A stretch of 64,000 nt of DNA from Bdellovibrio sp. (lineage in GTDB: Bacteria; Bdellovibrionota; Bdellovibrionia; Bdellovibrionales; Bdellovibrionaceae), in contig JAKFBS010000004.1 in assembly GCA_036677065.1 (NCBI GenBank), positions 256,001 through 320,000 of the forward strand, written 5' to 3'. A program made the position numbers and the translations under genes. This document shows, one piece after another, positions 40,251-50,421 of this stretch (position 1 is the first letter of the stretch; each line of letters starts with the position of its first letter). The notes under the pieces are model-generated. The model had not been told where the DNA came from. It worked only from the letters and a program-made list of their open reading frames with translations, and searched no databases.

Positions 40251-40278
40251 TCATCGGAGGGTAAACAAAAGTACTAAA
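40251..40278 (-). promoter_or_regulatory. Putative sigma28 (FliA) promoter
   Basis: TTTAG-N15-TCCGATGA, followed by a GGAGG SD. Confidence 0.6.
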
Positions 40279-40315
40279 GTGAGACTGAACCTTTGTCCAG
40301 ACGAAGCAAGTTTTC

Positions 40316-41176
40316 TTAGAATAGACCCTTACTTAATTCAAACAGATGAGATGTGAACTCTTCAATGGCTGTTTGGGTCGCGATATTTTTTCGTGATATT
40401 AATTTAATATCACGGCTGATCGATGGTGAAAATAAGCTGTAACCTTTTTTTGGAATATTTAAATGTTGGGCCATGCCTAAAGGAATAATTCCGTTACCAA
40501 AACCTTCTTTAACCATCTGTGAAATCGCGGCAAAAGATTCGACGAAAACAAAGTCGGACGATTTTAATTTCGAATTTTTTAAAAGTTTATCTTCAAGATT
40601 TCGCCAAGTGCCCGAATTTTTTTCGATAGTGATGACTTTAGTGGTTTCGCTGGCTGCATCTTCATCAAATTTATTATAAATAAAAACCAGCGGCTCTTCA
40701 GTGATGCGCGCAGAAAATAAATTACTGCTGCTGGCTGATGAAGAGGGGATACATAATCCCAGATCATAGCGACCCAATTTGACATTTTCCTCGACCAGCG
40801 TACTTCGGTGAACGTGCAGATCAAATTCGATGTTTTTAATTTTACGCCCAGCTTGCTTGATGAGTTTTGGTCCCCAAGTAGCTGCAATCGAATCTGACAG
40901 TGCAATTGAATAGCGCGTGATGCCATTTTCTGGTTTTAACTGCTTCAAACTTTTCAGTTCGGTGACAAGTGGCCGTGCGCGTAGAATGAACTCTTGCGCC
41001 TGAGGGGTCAGTTTTACTCGACGCCCATCGGGTATTATGAGCTTAAAACTGACTTCATTTTGTAGGGCTTGTAGGCGTTTACTCACTGCTGATTGAGTTA
41101 GACGCAATTGCGCAGCAGCTTCGCTGATGGTTCCGGTTCTTTCTAGGGCAATAAGGGCTTCGATTCCGTCTAGCAT
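40316..41176 (-). CDS. LysR-family transcriptional regulator
   Basis: HTH GTISEAAAQLRLTQSAVSKRLQALQ; divergent from aconitase. Confidence 0.93.
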   Translation of the reverse strand: MLDGIEALIALERTGTISEAAAQLRLTQSAVSKRLQALQNEVSFKLIIPDGRRVKLTPQAQEFILRARPLVTELKSLKQLKPENGITRYSIALSDSIAATWGPKLIKQAGRKIKNIEFDLHVHRSTLVEENVKLGRYDLGLCIPSSSASSSNLFSARITEEPLVFIYNKFDEDAASETTKVITIEKNSGTWRNLEDKLLKNSKLKSSDFVFVESFAAISQMVKEGFGNGIIPLGMAQHLNIPKKGYSLFSPSISRDIKLISRKNIATQTAIEEFTSHLFELSKGLF

Positions 41177-41289
41177 AAAGTCATGTATTCCTTATAAGAC
41201 TACATTATATTCCTATTATTCTATTTTTTCAACTAAGCTTTTAGCCGAGAATGAAAACGTACTGAGAAACCACATTCAAGGAGTGCCGT

Positions 41290-43557
41290 ATGGCTAAAAT
41301 CGAAACATCACCAGAAATGGTCAAACAAGTTTACCAAACTACACGTGAAAAAACGGAAGTTATTCGTAAACGTTTAAACCGCTCATTAACTCTTGCTGAA
41401 AAAATTATTTACGGTCACTTAGATGATCCGCAAAATCAAGAAATCAACCGTGGCTCTTCGTTCTTGCTTTTAAGACCAGACCGCGTAGCGATGCAAGATG
41501 CGACAGCGCAAATGGCGATCTTACAATTTATGTTAGCTGACAAACCAGAAGCTGCGGTTCCTTCAACTGTTCACTGCGATCACTTAATCCAAGCCTACCA
41601 AGGTAAAGAAAAAGATATGGCTGCTTCGAACACAACTAATAAAGAAGTTTTTGATTTCTTAGCGACAGCTTCTTCAAAATACAATATCGGTTTCTGGAAA
41701 CCAGGTGCAGGTATTATTCACCAAGTAATTTTAGAAAATTACGCATTTCCGGGTGGATTAATGATCGGTACAGATTCTCATACACCAAATGCTGGTGGTT
41801 TAGGTATGTGTGCTGTGGGTGTCGGTGGATCTGATGCTTCAGATGTAATGGTTGGCCTTCCTTGGGAAGTTAAAAATCCAAAATTAATCGGTGTTCACTT
41901 AAAAGGTAAAATGAGCGGTTGGACTTCTGCAAAAGATGTGATCTTAAAACTTTGCGGAATGTTAACTGTAAAAGGTGGAACAGATAAAATCGTAGAATAC
42001 TTCGGCGAAGGCGCAGACAACATTTCTTGTACTGGTAAAGCGACGATCACAAACATGGGTGCTGAATTAGGGGCGACATGTTCTGTATTTCCATACGATG
42101 CAAAAATGTCTGGTTATTTAAAAGCTACTGGTCGCGCTGATTTAGCAGCGATTGCGGATAGCAACAAAGATATTTTACGTGCTGATGATGATGTTATCGA
42201 AAATCCTAAAAAATACTTCGACGAAGTTTACGAAATCGATTTATCAGTCTTAGAACCACACTTAGTTGGCCCTCATACTCCAGATTTAGCCCGTCCGATT
42301 TCTAAAATCGCTGAAGAAGCTAAAGCTAACGGTTGGACTTTGAAATTATCATCTGCACTTATCGGTTCTTGCACGAACTCTTCTTACGAAGATATCGGTA
42401 GATCTGCGAACCTAGCTGAACAGGCCATGAAAATCGGCGTTAAAATGGCTCAGCCATTTTTAGTTTCTCCGGGCTCGGCGCAAGTTTACAACACAGTTTC
42501 TCGTGATGGCCAAATGGCAACGTTTGAAGCTGTAGGTGCAACAGTGTTAGCCAATGCCTGCGGACCTTGTATCGGTCAGTGGAAACGTGATGACATTAAA
42601 CACGGCGAGAAAAATACAATTGTAACTTCATTCAATCGTAACTTTCGCGGCCGTAATGATGCCAACATGGAAACTTTAGCTTTCATCGGTTCTCCTGAAT
42701 TAGTTATGGCTTTAGGTTTGGCGGGTCGTTTAGATTTTAATCCGTTAACTGAAGAATTAGTGGGACCAAAAGGTAAAATTAAATTAACTCCACCAGAAGC
42801 TCCAGAGCTTCCTGAAAATGGTTTTGTTCCTGATTTAGTCGGTTACCAAAAACCAGAAGGTGCAACTGCAAAAGTAGCTATTGCTCCGGATTCTCCTCGT
42901 TTACAATTCTTACAACCATTCACAAAATGGGATGGCAAAGATTTCGAAGGCCATTTATTATTAGCAAAAGCTAAAGGAAAATGTACAACAGATCATATCA
43001 GCCCGGGTGGTAAATGGTTAAACTTCCGTGGTCACTTAGATAAAATCTCTGACAACATGTTGTTAGGAGCTGACAACGCATTTTTACCAGGTGTTATCGG
43101 AAAAGGTAATAATCTGTTAGACGGTTCACAAAAAGAATTCGCAGCGGTAGCTCGTGATTACCAAGCTAAAGGTAAATCTTGGATGATCATCGGTGATGAA
43201 AATTACGGTGAAGGTTCTTCTCGTGAGCACGCAGCAATGAGCCCAAGATACTTAGGCTGTACTGCGGTTATCACTAAATCTTTTGCCCGTATCCACGAAA
43301 CAAATCTTAAAAAACAAGGTGTGTTAGCGGCGATGTTCGTTAATCCTGCTGATTACGAAAAAATTCAGGAAAAAGATACTTTATCAATCCGCGGCTTAAA
43401 TGATTTAGCTCCAGGAAAAAACTTATTCCTAGAATTAAAACACGCTGACGGGTCGACTGAGAAAATCGAAATCAAGCACACATACAACGCAGAGCAAATT
43501 AAATGGTTTAAAGCAGGTTCTGCCTTGAATCTAATCCGTTCTGGCGGCAAAGTTTAA
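41290..43557 (+). CDS. acnA: Aconitate hydratase (mitochondrial-type)
   Basis: [37 protein letters not shown] and [12 protein letters not shown] motifs. Confidence 0.95.
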   Translation: MAKIETSPEMVKQVYQTTREKTEVIRKRLNRSLTLAEKIIYGHLDDPQNQEINRGSSFLLLRPDRVAMQDATAQMAILQFMLADKPEAAVPSTVHCDHLIQAYQGKEKDMAASNTTNKEVFDFLATASSKYNIGFWKPGAGIIHQVILENYAFPGGLMIGTDSHTPNAGGLGMCAVGVGGSDASDVMVGLPWEVKNPKLIGVHLKGKMSGWTSAKDVILKLCGMLTVKGGTDKIVEYFGEGADNISCTGKATITNMGAELGATCSVFPYDAKMSGYLKATGRADLAAIADSNKDILRADDDVIENPKKYFDEVYEIDLSVLEPHLVGPHTPDLARPISKIAEEAKANGWTLKLSSALIGSCTNSSYEDIGRSANLAEQAMKIGVKMAQPFLVSPGSAQVYNTVSRDGQMATFEAVGATVLANACGPCIGQWKRDDIKHGEKNTIVTSFNRNFRGRNDANMETLAFIGSPELVMALGLAGRLDFNPLTEELVGPKGKIKLTPPEAPELPENGFVPDLVGYQKPEGATAKVAIAPDSPRLQFLQPFTKWDGKDFEGHLLLAKAKGKCTTDHISPGGKWLNFRGHLDKISDNMLLGADNAFLPGVIGKGNNLLDGSQKEFAAVARDYQAKGKSWMIIGDENYGEGSSREHAAMSPRYLGCTAVITKSFARIHETNLKKQGVLAAMFVNPADYEKIQEKDTLSIRGLNDLAPGKNLFLELKHADGSTEKIEIKHTYNAEQIKWFKAGSALNLIRSGGKV

Positions 43558-43582
43558 TAACTGATTGTTAATTCAATTCTCG

Positions 43583-43615
43583 AAAGGGCTCTCAAGCGTT
43601 GAGGGCCCTTTTTTT
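43583..43615 (+). terminator. Intrinsic terminator
   Basis: AAAGGGCTCTCAA-gcg-TTGAGGGCCCTTT plus T-tract. Confidence 0.9.
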
Positions 43616-43629
43616 ATTTATAGGGATCT

Positions 43630-44565
43630 ATGGCCAAATTAAATTCCCAGCTTATTCAGCGTTTTCATGAGATTGTTAAAAAATCTTCTGAAGTGATTTT
43701 GGATAAAGAAAACCAAATTATTAATACCGTTGTGTGCATGATCGCGCGCGGGCATCTGCTCATCGAAGATGAACCTGGTGTTGGTAAGACAACTTTAGCA
43801 CAGACGATCGCAAAGCTTACGGGGTTACAGCAAAGCCGCATTCAATTCACCAATGATTTGTTACCGGCTGATATCATCGGTCATATGGTCTTTAATAATG
43901 AAAAGCATGAGTTCTATTTTAAAGAAGGCCCACTATTTTCAGAGTTAGTTCTGGCTGATGAATTAAACCGTGCTAACCCGAAAACCCAAAGTGCTTTGCT
44001 GCAGGCTATGGAAGAAAGTTCGGTCACTGTAGATCGCAAGACCTATGATTTATCTGAAAATTTCTTTCTCATAGCGACGCAAAATCCAAAAATGCAAATT
44101 GGAACCTACGCTTTACCTGAAAGTCAGGTTGACCGTTTTTTAATGTCGATTCATTTGGATTATATTTCGAAAAATTCAGAAGTGAAACTTATCTTGGGCG
44201 ATAACCCTCGCAAACTGATTGAAGGGCTGCAGCCGATCATCAGTAAAGATGATTTATTACAAGCTCACAAAGAATCGCAAAAAGTTCACATGGATACAAA
44301 ACTTGCCGAATTTATTGCTGATTTGTTACAGGTGAGCCGCACGCGACAGGATCAGTTTCAGTCTTTATCAACTAGAGCAGGGCTTGCGTTAGTGCAAACC
44401 AGTAAAGCGCGGGCTTTTTTGAATGGCCATGATTTTGTGGCTCCAGATGATTTATTATTGTCACTTAAACCCGTATTAGCGCATCGTTTGGCGGATCAAC
44501 AAGGTTTACCTTTCGGAGAACAAAAAGTTGAAGAGCTTTTACAACTGGTTCAAATTCCTCAGTAA
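43630..44565 (+). CDS. moxR: MoxR-family AAA+ ATPase
   Basis: EDEPGVGKT, RIQFTNDLLPAD, ADELNRA and ATQNP motifs. Confidence 0.93.
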   Translation: MAKLNSQLIQRFHEIVKKSSEVILDKENQIINTVVCMIARGHLLIEDEPGVGKTTLAQTIAKLTGLQQSRIQFTNDLLPADIIGHMVFNNEKHEFYFKEGPLFSELVLADELNRANPKTQSALLQAMEESSVTVDRKTYDLSENFFLIATQNPKMQIGTYALPESQVDRFLMSIHLDYISKNSEVKLILGDNPRKLIEGLQPIISKDDLLQAHKESQKVHMDTKLAEFIADLLQVSRTRQDQFQSLSTRAGLALVQTSKARAFLNGHDFVAPDDLLLSLKPVLAHRLADQQGLPFGEQKVEELLQLVQIPQ

Positions 44566-45451
44566 AATTCCGGTCAGGGTAAATACACCCAGACCGTATA
44601 TTGTCCCGACGGGATTAGGGTTTAGCTATGGCGTTTTAGTTTTTGTTATTGTTATTGTCAGTGTGAATAACAGAAATAATTTGATTTTTCTTTTTGCCTT
44701 TTTTTTATTTTCTGTGGGGCTTGTCACGATGTTGATGAGCCATAAAAATTTTGAAAAAATTAAAATGAGTTTTTTGCATGCCTCGTTACTTTTTAAGAAT
44801 GAAGCAGGTGTATTGACTTATAATATTGAAAATCCACGGGCTAAAGATAGTTTTGTGATTTCTGTCGGTGATAAGACCGTAGATTCAATTCACGCCCATG
44901 AAAAACGGGATGTACAAATCAGTTATTTGCCAGATCACTATGGGGTTTACCAACTGCCGGTGCAAAAACTTGAAAGTCGCTTTCCATTGCAGTTTTTGCG
45001 CGTCTGGAGGTATATCCAGCCCGAAGTGCGCATTACGGTTTTTCCAGAAAAGATTAATTATTTTGGTTTAAGTGCGCTCATTTCAGAAATTGAAACAGGC
45101 GTGCAAAAAAAACAGCTTCAAGACAGCTTAGAAAAAGAAATATCACATTTTGACCGCTTTCAAGTAACAGACCCACCTCAGCATATCAATTGGAAGATTT
45201 TGGCAAAAACGAACGATTTGTACGTTAATAAGTATGAATCTCTTGCCAGCGAACAACAGCAAGTGGTTCTTCGTTGGAAAGACACTGAACCCTTAGTTGA
45301 TATTGAAAAGCGTAAGTCGCAATTCGCTTACTGGATTGACGAAGTTTATAAATTAAAAAAATCATTTGTAGTTGAATTTGAAGAACAAAAGGTAGAAGTA
45401 GCTCAGAATGATTATAAACACTTGCTGAAAGCCTTAAGGCTATTGTTATGA
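44528..45451 (+). CDS. DUF58 domain membrane protein
   Basis: YIVPTGLG...NNLIF N-terminus; DPPQHINWK (degenerate GD..R.IDWK); context between moxR and a transglutaminase. Confidence 0.75.
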   Translation: MKSFYNWFKFLSKIPVRVNTPRPYIVPTGLGFSYGVLVFVIVIVSVNNRNNLIFLFAFFLFSVGLVTMLMSHKNFEKIKMSFLHASLLFKNEAGVLTYNIENPRAKDSFVISVGDKTVDSIHAHEKRDVQISYLPDHYGVYQLPVQKLESRFPLQFLRVWRYIQPEVRITVFPEKINYFGLSALISEIETGVQKKQLQDSLEKEISHFDRFQVTDPPQHINWKILAKTNDLYVNKYESLASEQQQVVLRWKDTEPLVDIEKRKSQFAYWIDEVYKLKKSFVVEFEEQKVEVAQNDYKHLLKALRLLL

Positions 45452-47412
45452 AAAAATATATCTTACCGATAGTTTTATTTTTTCAGATGGCGCTGCTTTT
45501 TACCGAAGTTCCGAACTGGGTTATTATTACAAGTGTGCTGTTTTTAATTTTAAGTACTTTGTCTTGGGGTAAAAATTTGCCGCGCATCAAAACCATCACA
45601 GGAGTTTTTTCTGTCGTTGTAGTTATGATAGCCGTTCGGAAGTTTAGTTTTATTTTATCGAATGAATTAATTGCCAGTCTTTTAATTATTCTGACGAGCA
45701 TTCGTTTAATCGAGCATCGTTTTGACCAGGCTGAGCCGCCGTACTTTTTATTTTTGCTGGGGCTTTTTTTAGCGGTTGTTAAGTTTGTCTTTCAAATCGA
45801 TTTTATTTTCGGTGTGTATGCATTTTTAGCGACAGTGTTTTACCTGTATCAGTTTTTTCCTGAAAGTTTTCAAAAAAATTACCCTAAAGAAAGCTTTAAA
45901 GTTTTAAGAACGATCATTCTTTACTCGCTTCCTATGACTATTTTGCTTTTTCTGATTTTTCCGCAGTTTAAGTTTGATGGGGGCAGGCAGCGTAATTACG
46001 GTTTGTTTTCGCAGATTGGGGCCAGCGGATTTTCGGGCGAACTTCGACCTGGATCAATATCAGAATTAGTGAATAATGAAAACATCGCTTTTCGCGCTGA
46101 ATTTACCGAATACGTACCATTGCAAGGCTCGCTTTACTGGCGAGGGCAGGTCTTAGATCGTTCGCAAGGGTTGTTGTGGAGACGTTCGAATCCGTTAAAT
46201 CAAACACCAGAAATTGCCGAAGATGATGTCACGGTTTTTCGACCCAAGTATAAAATCATCTTAGAACCACATTATAAAGAACAACTATTCACTCTCTATG
46301 AAACAGAATCTGTTACTTCGTCAGAAAAACTTTTACTATCTGATAAAAACAGCACCTACTCGCTGCCATCATCTTTGAGTGAGCGTTTGGTGTATAATGG
46401 GGAAATTCAATTCAATTTAAAGCAGAAGTTAAATCAAAGCCGGGAAGAGTATCTGCATTTAAATCGACGTTCGGCTAAAGTTGAAGCTCTGCTGAAAACT
46501 TTAATTCCGGTATCGCCAGAAGTGCAAAGTGCCGAACAAAAGGTAAAACTGTTAGCGAAGTTTTTTACCGAAAATAAATTTGAATACAGACTTTCTGGAC
46601 AAGAATTAGCCGTGAACTCGTTAGAAGATTTTTTGTTCAAAACTAAAGTAGGTTTCTGCGAACACTATGCTTCTGCCGCAGCCTTGCTTTTGCGCTATTG
46701 GGGTGTGCCTTCGCGGGTCGTGGTCGGATATCAAGGCGGAGAACTCAATAAAGCAGGAAACTTTTGGACAGTGAAACAACAAGATGCACATGCTTGGGTT
46801 GAATATCTGAATGAAAACAATATCTGGGTTTTGTTTGATCCTGTAATTGCAATTGCACCGGATCGCATCGCTGTCGGTGCCACTTTCTTGATGAATCCGA
46901 CAGGGCGCGGACAACTTTGGAAGCAGCTAAGCAATAGATTCGAAATCTTTGATCAAATTTCTACTTTTTTAGAAACATCGAACTATCGTTGGACACTTTT
47001 CTTCGTTGAGTATTCCAGCTCAAATTTTAAACGTGAAATCCTTAAATTTTACGAAGACAACGAAGATGTACAATTAGCAGCCCGGTTAATTTTTCTTCTG
47101 TTGTGTATTTTTGTTGTCTATCGCTTAACTAAAAAGATTATTTATCGTCGCCGCCCTTTGAATGAGCGCTATTATTTAGAATTACACCGCTTTTTTGCAA
47201 AACGATTGCCGCAAGAAAAGAATGAATCTTTTGAGAGCTGGAAGTCGCGGTTATTGGAAAAATATCCCGCTATGAGTGAGAGTATCGAAGAGATTTTTTC
47301 GCTTTATCTCAGAAATCGATACGGCGCCCAAGCCAGTGCGTCTGAGTTTAAAAAGTTTAAGGCGCTTTTGAGTAAGAATAGCTTTACCTTCGAAAAAAAT
47401 GAAAACGAATAG
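45448..47412 (+). CDS. tgpA: TgpA-like membrane transglutaminase-domain protein (DUF3488)
   Basis: GFCEHYA, RVVVGYQGGE, AHAWVE and FDP catalytic motifs; N-terminal TM helices. Confidence 0.88.
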   Translation: MKKYILPIVLFFQMALLFTEVPNWVIITSVLFLILSTLSWGKNLPRIKTITGVFSVVVVMIAVRKFSFILSNELIASLLIILTSIRLIEHRFDQAEPPYFLFLLGLFLAVVKFVFQIDFIFGVYAFLATVFYLYQFFPESFQKNYPKESFKVLRTIILYSLPMTILLFLIFPQFKFDGGRQRNYGLFSQIGASGFSGELRPGSISELVNNENIAFRAEFTEYVPLQGSLYWRGQVLDRSQGLLWRRSNPLNQTPEIAEDDVTVFRPKYKIILEPHYKEQLFTLYETESVTSSEKLLLSDKNSTYSLPSSLSERLVYNGEIQFNLKQKLNQSREEYLHLNRRSAKVEALLKTLIPVSPEVQSAEQKVKLLAKFFTENKFEYRLSGQELAVNSLEDFLFKTKVGFCEHYASAAALLLRYWGVPSRVVVGYQGGELNKAGNFWTVKQQDAHAWVEYLNENNIWVLFDPVIAIAPDRIAVGATFLMNPTGRGQLWKQLSNRFEIFDQISTFLETSNYRWTLFFVEYSSSNFKREILKFYEDNEDVQLAARLIFLLLCIFVVYRLTKKIIYRRRPLNERYYLELHRFFAKRLPQEKNESFESWKSRLLEKYPAMSESIEEIFSLYLRNRYGAQASASEFKKFKALLSKNSFTFEKNENE

Positions 47413-47505
47413 CTCCTAATTTTTAGAAAGCCAAACCACGATTTCTAAATTTCCGGAATCCGGAATGTCCAAATGTAATATACTTTAGTTAGATCTCTCG
47501 TCCAC

Positions 47506-47522
47506 TAGGCTTTCTCTTTGCT
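47506..47522 (+). promoter_or_regulatory. Putative sigma54 promoter
   Basis: TAGGCTTTCTCTTTGCT: GG-N10-GC; palindrome TTCCGGAATCCGGAA upstream at 47451-47465. Confidence 0.65.
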
Positions 47523-47563
47523 TTAGACTCCTTTCGAACTGTTTACATTCCTGAGGAGGAAAG

Positions 47564-49309
47564 ATGAAAAAACTACAACTGTTAGCGATATTACCTATGC
47601 TGGTTACATCGTTAAATGCCAACGCGGGTCTGATTCCGGGGCAAAAATTGGGTCCTAAGTTAACGTTAACTGAAGCGCAAATCCAGGCGATCAAAAACGA
47701 ACAACGTTCTAGAAAAGCGGATAGTGATGTAAAATCGTGGCTAATAGATGATACAGATTACGAACAATTAGAAATCCTATTGCAAGAGCGTATGCAAGAA
47801 GTTGATCGAATGACCTATTTTCGTCACAAAAATTCGCTTGATAACGCTTTGATTTTTTCGACATTAGCGATACAAGCTTGGAATCCAGAATTAAAACATG
47901 TCGACGTTAAAACACAGGTCATAAAAAACATTGTTAACTTTGGTTTCGTACAGGGTTTTGTGCTACCGACTCTTTCGATGATCGATATGTCTTATGCAAC
48001 AGGCCGTCCTGGGTTTGGTATATTGTTAAATTCTATGTTAGCAGAAATTACCCCAGCACTAGCCCAGTCGCTGCAAGCACAATACGGCGTGCCGGTGCAC
48101 GTGAAGGGACGCTCCTTTCTAAAGTCTTCGCACCTGGGAAGAAATGGAATGTGGATAGCTTTGATGCAGGAATTAGGTTCAGAATTCTTTCCGTCACATC
48201 AGATCGAAACTAATAAAAATGAAACATTGGGTGAATGGTTAGCAGCAGAAATAGATCCAATGAAATCAGCTGACAAGTCGATGGATCATTTTATGAATAA
48301 AGCCATTAAGTCAGAAAAAACATTCATTGGTCAATTCGTAAGTCAGAATTCTAATATTCAAAATATTAAATCTGACAAGACGGCTAAGAATTTAAAAGGA
48401 ATTTTTTCAAATGCCTCAGCCAGTGAAGCCAAAACTTGCTTTAGACAATGTCTAAATGAAATCAGAGATAATATTGTTCTTGATACGAGTGCAGGAACGG
48501 CGACGGGAGCTGCTTTAGGTGGCGCCATCGGGGCGATTGGTGGTCCATTTGCCGGTGCGACAGCAGTCGGCGGTGCTGCGTTGGGAACAGCAGTTGGAGC
48601 GGGATTAAGTGTCGCGGCTAGTTTAAAAGAGTGTCATGCAACAACGTCCTGCTCGGGCGAAACCAAAGAAACCGAAGAAAAGAAAAAAACAAAGGAAAGT
48701 GAAATCAAACAAAAAGAAGAACAGCAAAAGCAAGCTGAAGAGGTCAATAGAAAGAGCGAGGAATTAAAGAAACAACAAGCTGAAATTAAACATCAGCAAG
48801 ACGAGCTTAAAAAGCAACAGGATGAACTGAAAAAGCAGCAAGAACAATTAAAGAAACAACAAGAAGAATTAAAAAAGCAACAAGCTGAAGTTAAAAAGTT
48901 GGAGGATCTAAAAAAACAAGAAGCTGAATTGAAAAAGAAACAAGATGAGCTAAATAAAAAAGAAGCCGAATTAAAAAAACAAGAAGAGGAAAACAAGAAA
49001 AAACAAGAAGAGGACGAAAAGAAAAAGAAAGAAGAGGAAGGCAAAAAGAAAGCTGTTGAAGTTCCAACTGGACCCAAAGGTAAAGCGATTTATCAAGAAG
49101 AAGAGAAAAGTGGCTTAACGTTCGAAGATATTCAGAGAATGAAAAAAGAAAGTTCGGGTACACCAATGGCGCCGCAAGACTACAGTCCTAAAAAGGTGTT
49201 TACTGCTGGCGATAAAACCTTAATCATTAAGGTGATAAGTAAAGAAGTTACGGCGAAACAACTTCCGGTGAATTCGATTTATCCAACTTCGCCAAACGCT
49301 GGAGATTAA
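47564..49309 (+). CDS. Secreted protein with glycine zipper and K/Q/E coiled coil
   Basis: GAGGAGG SD; signal peptide; GTATGAALGGAIGAIGGPFAGATAVGGAALGTAVGAG flanked by Cys pairs; heptad repeats. Confidence 0.8.
   Translation: MKKLQLLAILPMLVTSLNANAGLIPGQKLGPKLTLTEAQIQAIKNEQRSRKADSDVKSWLIDDTDYEQLEILLQERMQEVDRMTYFRHKNSLDNALIFSTLAIQAWNPELKHVDVKTQVIKNIVNFGFVQGFVLPTLSMIDMSYATGRPGFGILLNSMLAEITPALAQSLQAQYGVPVHVKGRSFLKSSHLGRNGMWIALMQELGSEFFPSHQIETNKNETLGEWLAAEIDPMKSADKSMDHFMNKAIKSEKTFIGQFVSQNSNIQNIKSDKTAKNLKGIFSNASASEAKTCFRQCLNEIRDNIVLDTSAGTATGAALGGAIGAIGGPFAGATAVGGAALGTAVGAGLSVAASLKECHATTSCSGETKETEEKKKTKESEIKQKEEQQKQAEEVNRKSEELKKQQAEIKHQQDELKKQQDELKKQQEQLKKQQEELKKQQAEVKKLEDLKKQEAELKKKQDELNKKEAELKKQEEENKKKQEEDEKKKKEEEGKKKAVEVPTGPKGKAIYQEEEKSGLTFEDIQRMKKESSGTPMAPQDYSPKKVFTAGDKTLIIKVISKEVTAKQLPVNSIYPTSPNAGD
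48761..48988 (+). repeat. Degenerate 21-nt tandem repeats encoding ELKKQQx heptads
   Basis: About 11 units such as gaattaaagaaacaacaagct and gagcttaaaaagcaacaggat. Confidence 0.85.
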
Positions 49310-49310
49310 G

Positions 49311-49595
49311 ATGGAAACAAGTATTAAAAATAAATGGGTTAGCTTAAAAGAGTACTTTACCTTTAAATTGCCGTATTGGGCGATATCGATTTTGTTAGTT
49401 TCATTTTATATTTGCGAAGCAGAGAATATGAAAGCTTTCGTGTTCAGTTTTCTGATCTTACTTTGGCACTTTCAAGAAAAGCAGATGAGTTTGTTACCAA
49501 ATTGGTTAGTGATCACGAACCGAGTGGTTTTCGGAATATTAACGACAGTATTTTTACTAGCAAAGCCTATCGAGGTTATTTTCGCTAAACCCTAA
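49311..49595 (+). CDS. Small three-TM membrane protein
   Basis: GGAG SD, starts 1 nt after the upstream stop; hydrophobic segments. Confidence 0.65.
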   Translation: METSIKNKWVSLKEYFTFKLPYWAISILLVSFYICEAENMKAFVFSFLILLWHFQEKQMSLLPNWLVITNRVVFGILTTVFLLAKPIEVIFAKP

Positions 49596-50364
49596 TCTGC
49601 TCGATCACCCAGTCAGGAAATTGAAAACTAATATCGTGGCCTGCATCTGGGTGAATCACATGTTTGCAGTGCCATTTGTTTTCGATGTCTTTCGAACAAT
49701 CGGCGCTGACAAAGCGATCTTTACCACCACTCATCAAGACAACATCTGTGGGTGGTGTTTGTGGAAACGCATAAGTAGATGCTGCAACTAACTGACGAAT
49801 AATGTTTTTTGGATGGGCAGAGTTAGTTTTACTAAAGCTTAGCATCGAATCAAAAGCGTGTTTGTAATCAGATAAAATTTGATCTTTTGTAAGCGTGGTA
49901 GTTACTTCTAACGACGCCACTTCTTTGTCTTCTGGTGCGTGCATAAAGCGCATACGTACACCTAATCTCATAGCATCAATACTTAAACGTTTAAATACAT
50001 TCGAAAAATTCGCTGCACTGGTATTTGAAATAAAAATCTTTTTGAAAAAATTAGGGCGTTGCTCGGCCCATTCAACCATAGCCATTGATCCTAGTGAAAG
50101 TGAATAGCCGTAAGTCGGTAGAGTGGAATTAAAGTTTTGCTTTTTTAATTGCTCGTCGAATGATTCAATAAACTCAGACACTTTTAAAGGGGTCGCCACT
50201 TTATTCATGTAACCATTACCAGGAACATCGACGTAATAAATTTTATCGTGAGGAAAGGCCGTTTGCAGTTTTTCTGGAAACTGGCCCCAATGACCTGCGC
50301 CGCGAGCTAAGCCGCGAATTAAGATCCAGTTTTTTACTTGAGGGTTTTGTGCTGTGGGTGCCAT
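49585..50364 (-). CDS. Alpha/beta hydrolase
   Basis: WILIRGLAR, DVPGNG, SLSLG nucleophile elbow, DRFV and AGHD motifs. Confidence 0.88.
   Translation of the reverse strand: MAPTAQNPQVKNWILIRGLARGAGHWGQFPEKLQTAFPHDKIYYVDVPGNGYMNKVATPLKVSEFIESFDEQLKKQNFNSTLPTYGYSLSLGSMAMVEWAEQRPNFFKKIFISNTSAANFSNVFKRLSIDAMRLGVRMRFMHAPEDKEVASLEVTTTLTKDQILSDYKHAFDSMLSFSKTNSAHPKNIIRQLVAASTYAFPQTPPTDVVLMSGGKDRFVSADCSKDIENKWHCKHVIHPDAGHDISFQFPDWVIEQIRV
50327..50364. repeat. 38-bp direct repeat, copy 1
   Basis: CAGTTTTTTACTTGAGGGTTTTGTGCTGTGGGTGCCAT; 36/38 identical to 51364-51401. Confidence 0.95.
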
Positions 50365-50370
50365 GCCTGT

Positions 50371-50399
50371 ATTTTAAATTGTTCTGTTTGGCTGTACAA
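50371..50399 (-). promoter_or_regulatory. Sigma70 promoter for the hydrolase, predicted leaderless
   Basis: TTGTAC-N17-TAAAAT, 6 nt before ATG 50364; no SD. Confidence 0.65.
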
Positions 50400-50421
50400 C
50401 AAAAAGCGGTGCAACGACGGT

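Noticed and set aside
48761..48988. Possible CRISPR array
   Set aside because: In-frame 21-nt degenerate coding repeats with no spacers, and no cas genes nearby.
48793..49166. Cys/Phe/Ser-rich antisense ORFs
   Set aside because: Shadow of the K/Q/E heptad repeats on the plus strand.
47413..49596. Flanking duplication around the glycine-zipper locus
   Set aside because: Only a 6-bp match (CCTAAT) was found; not significant.
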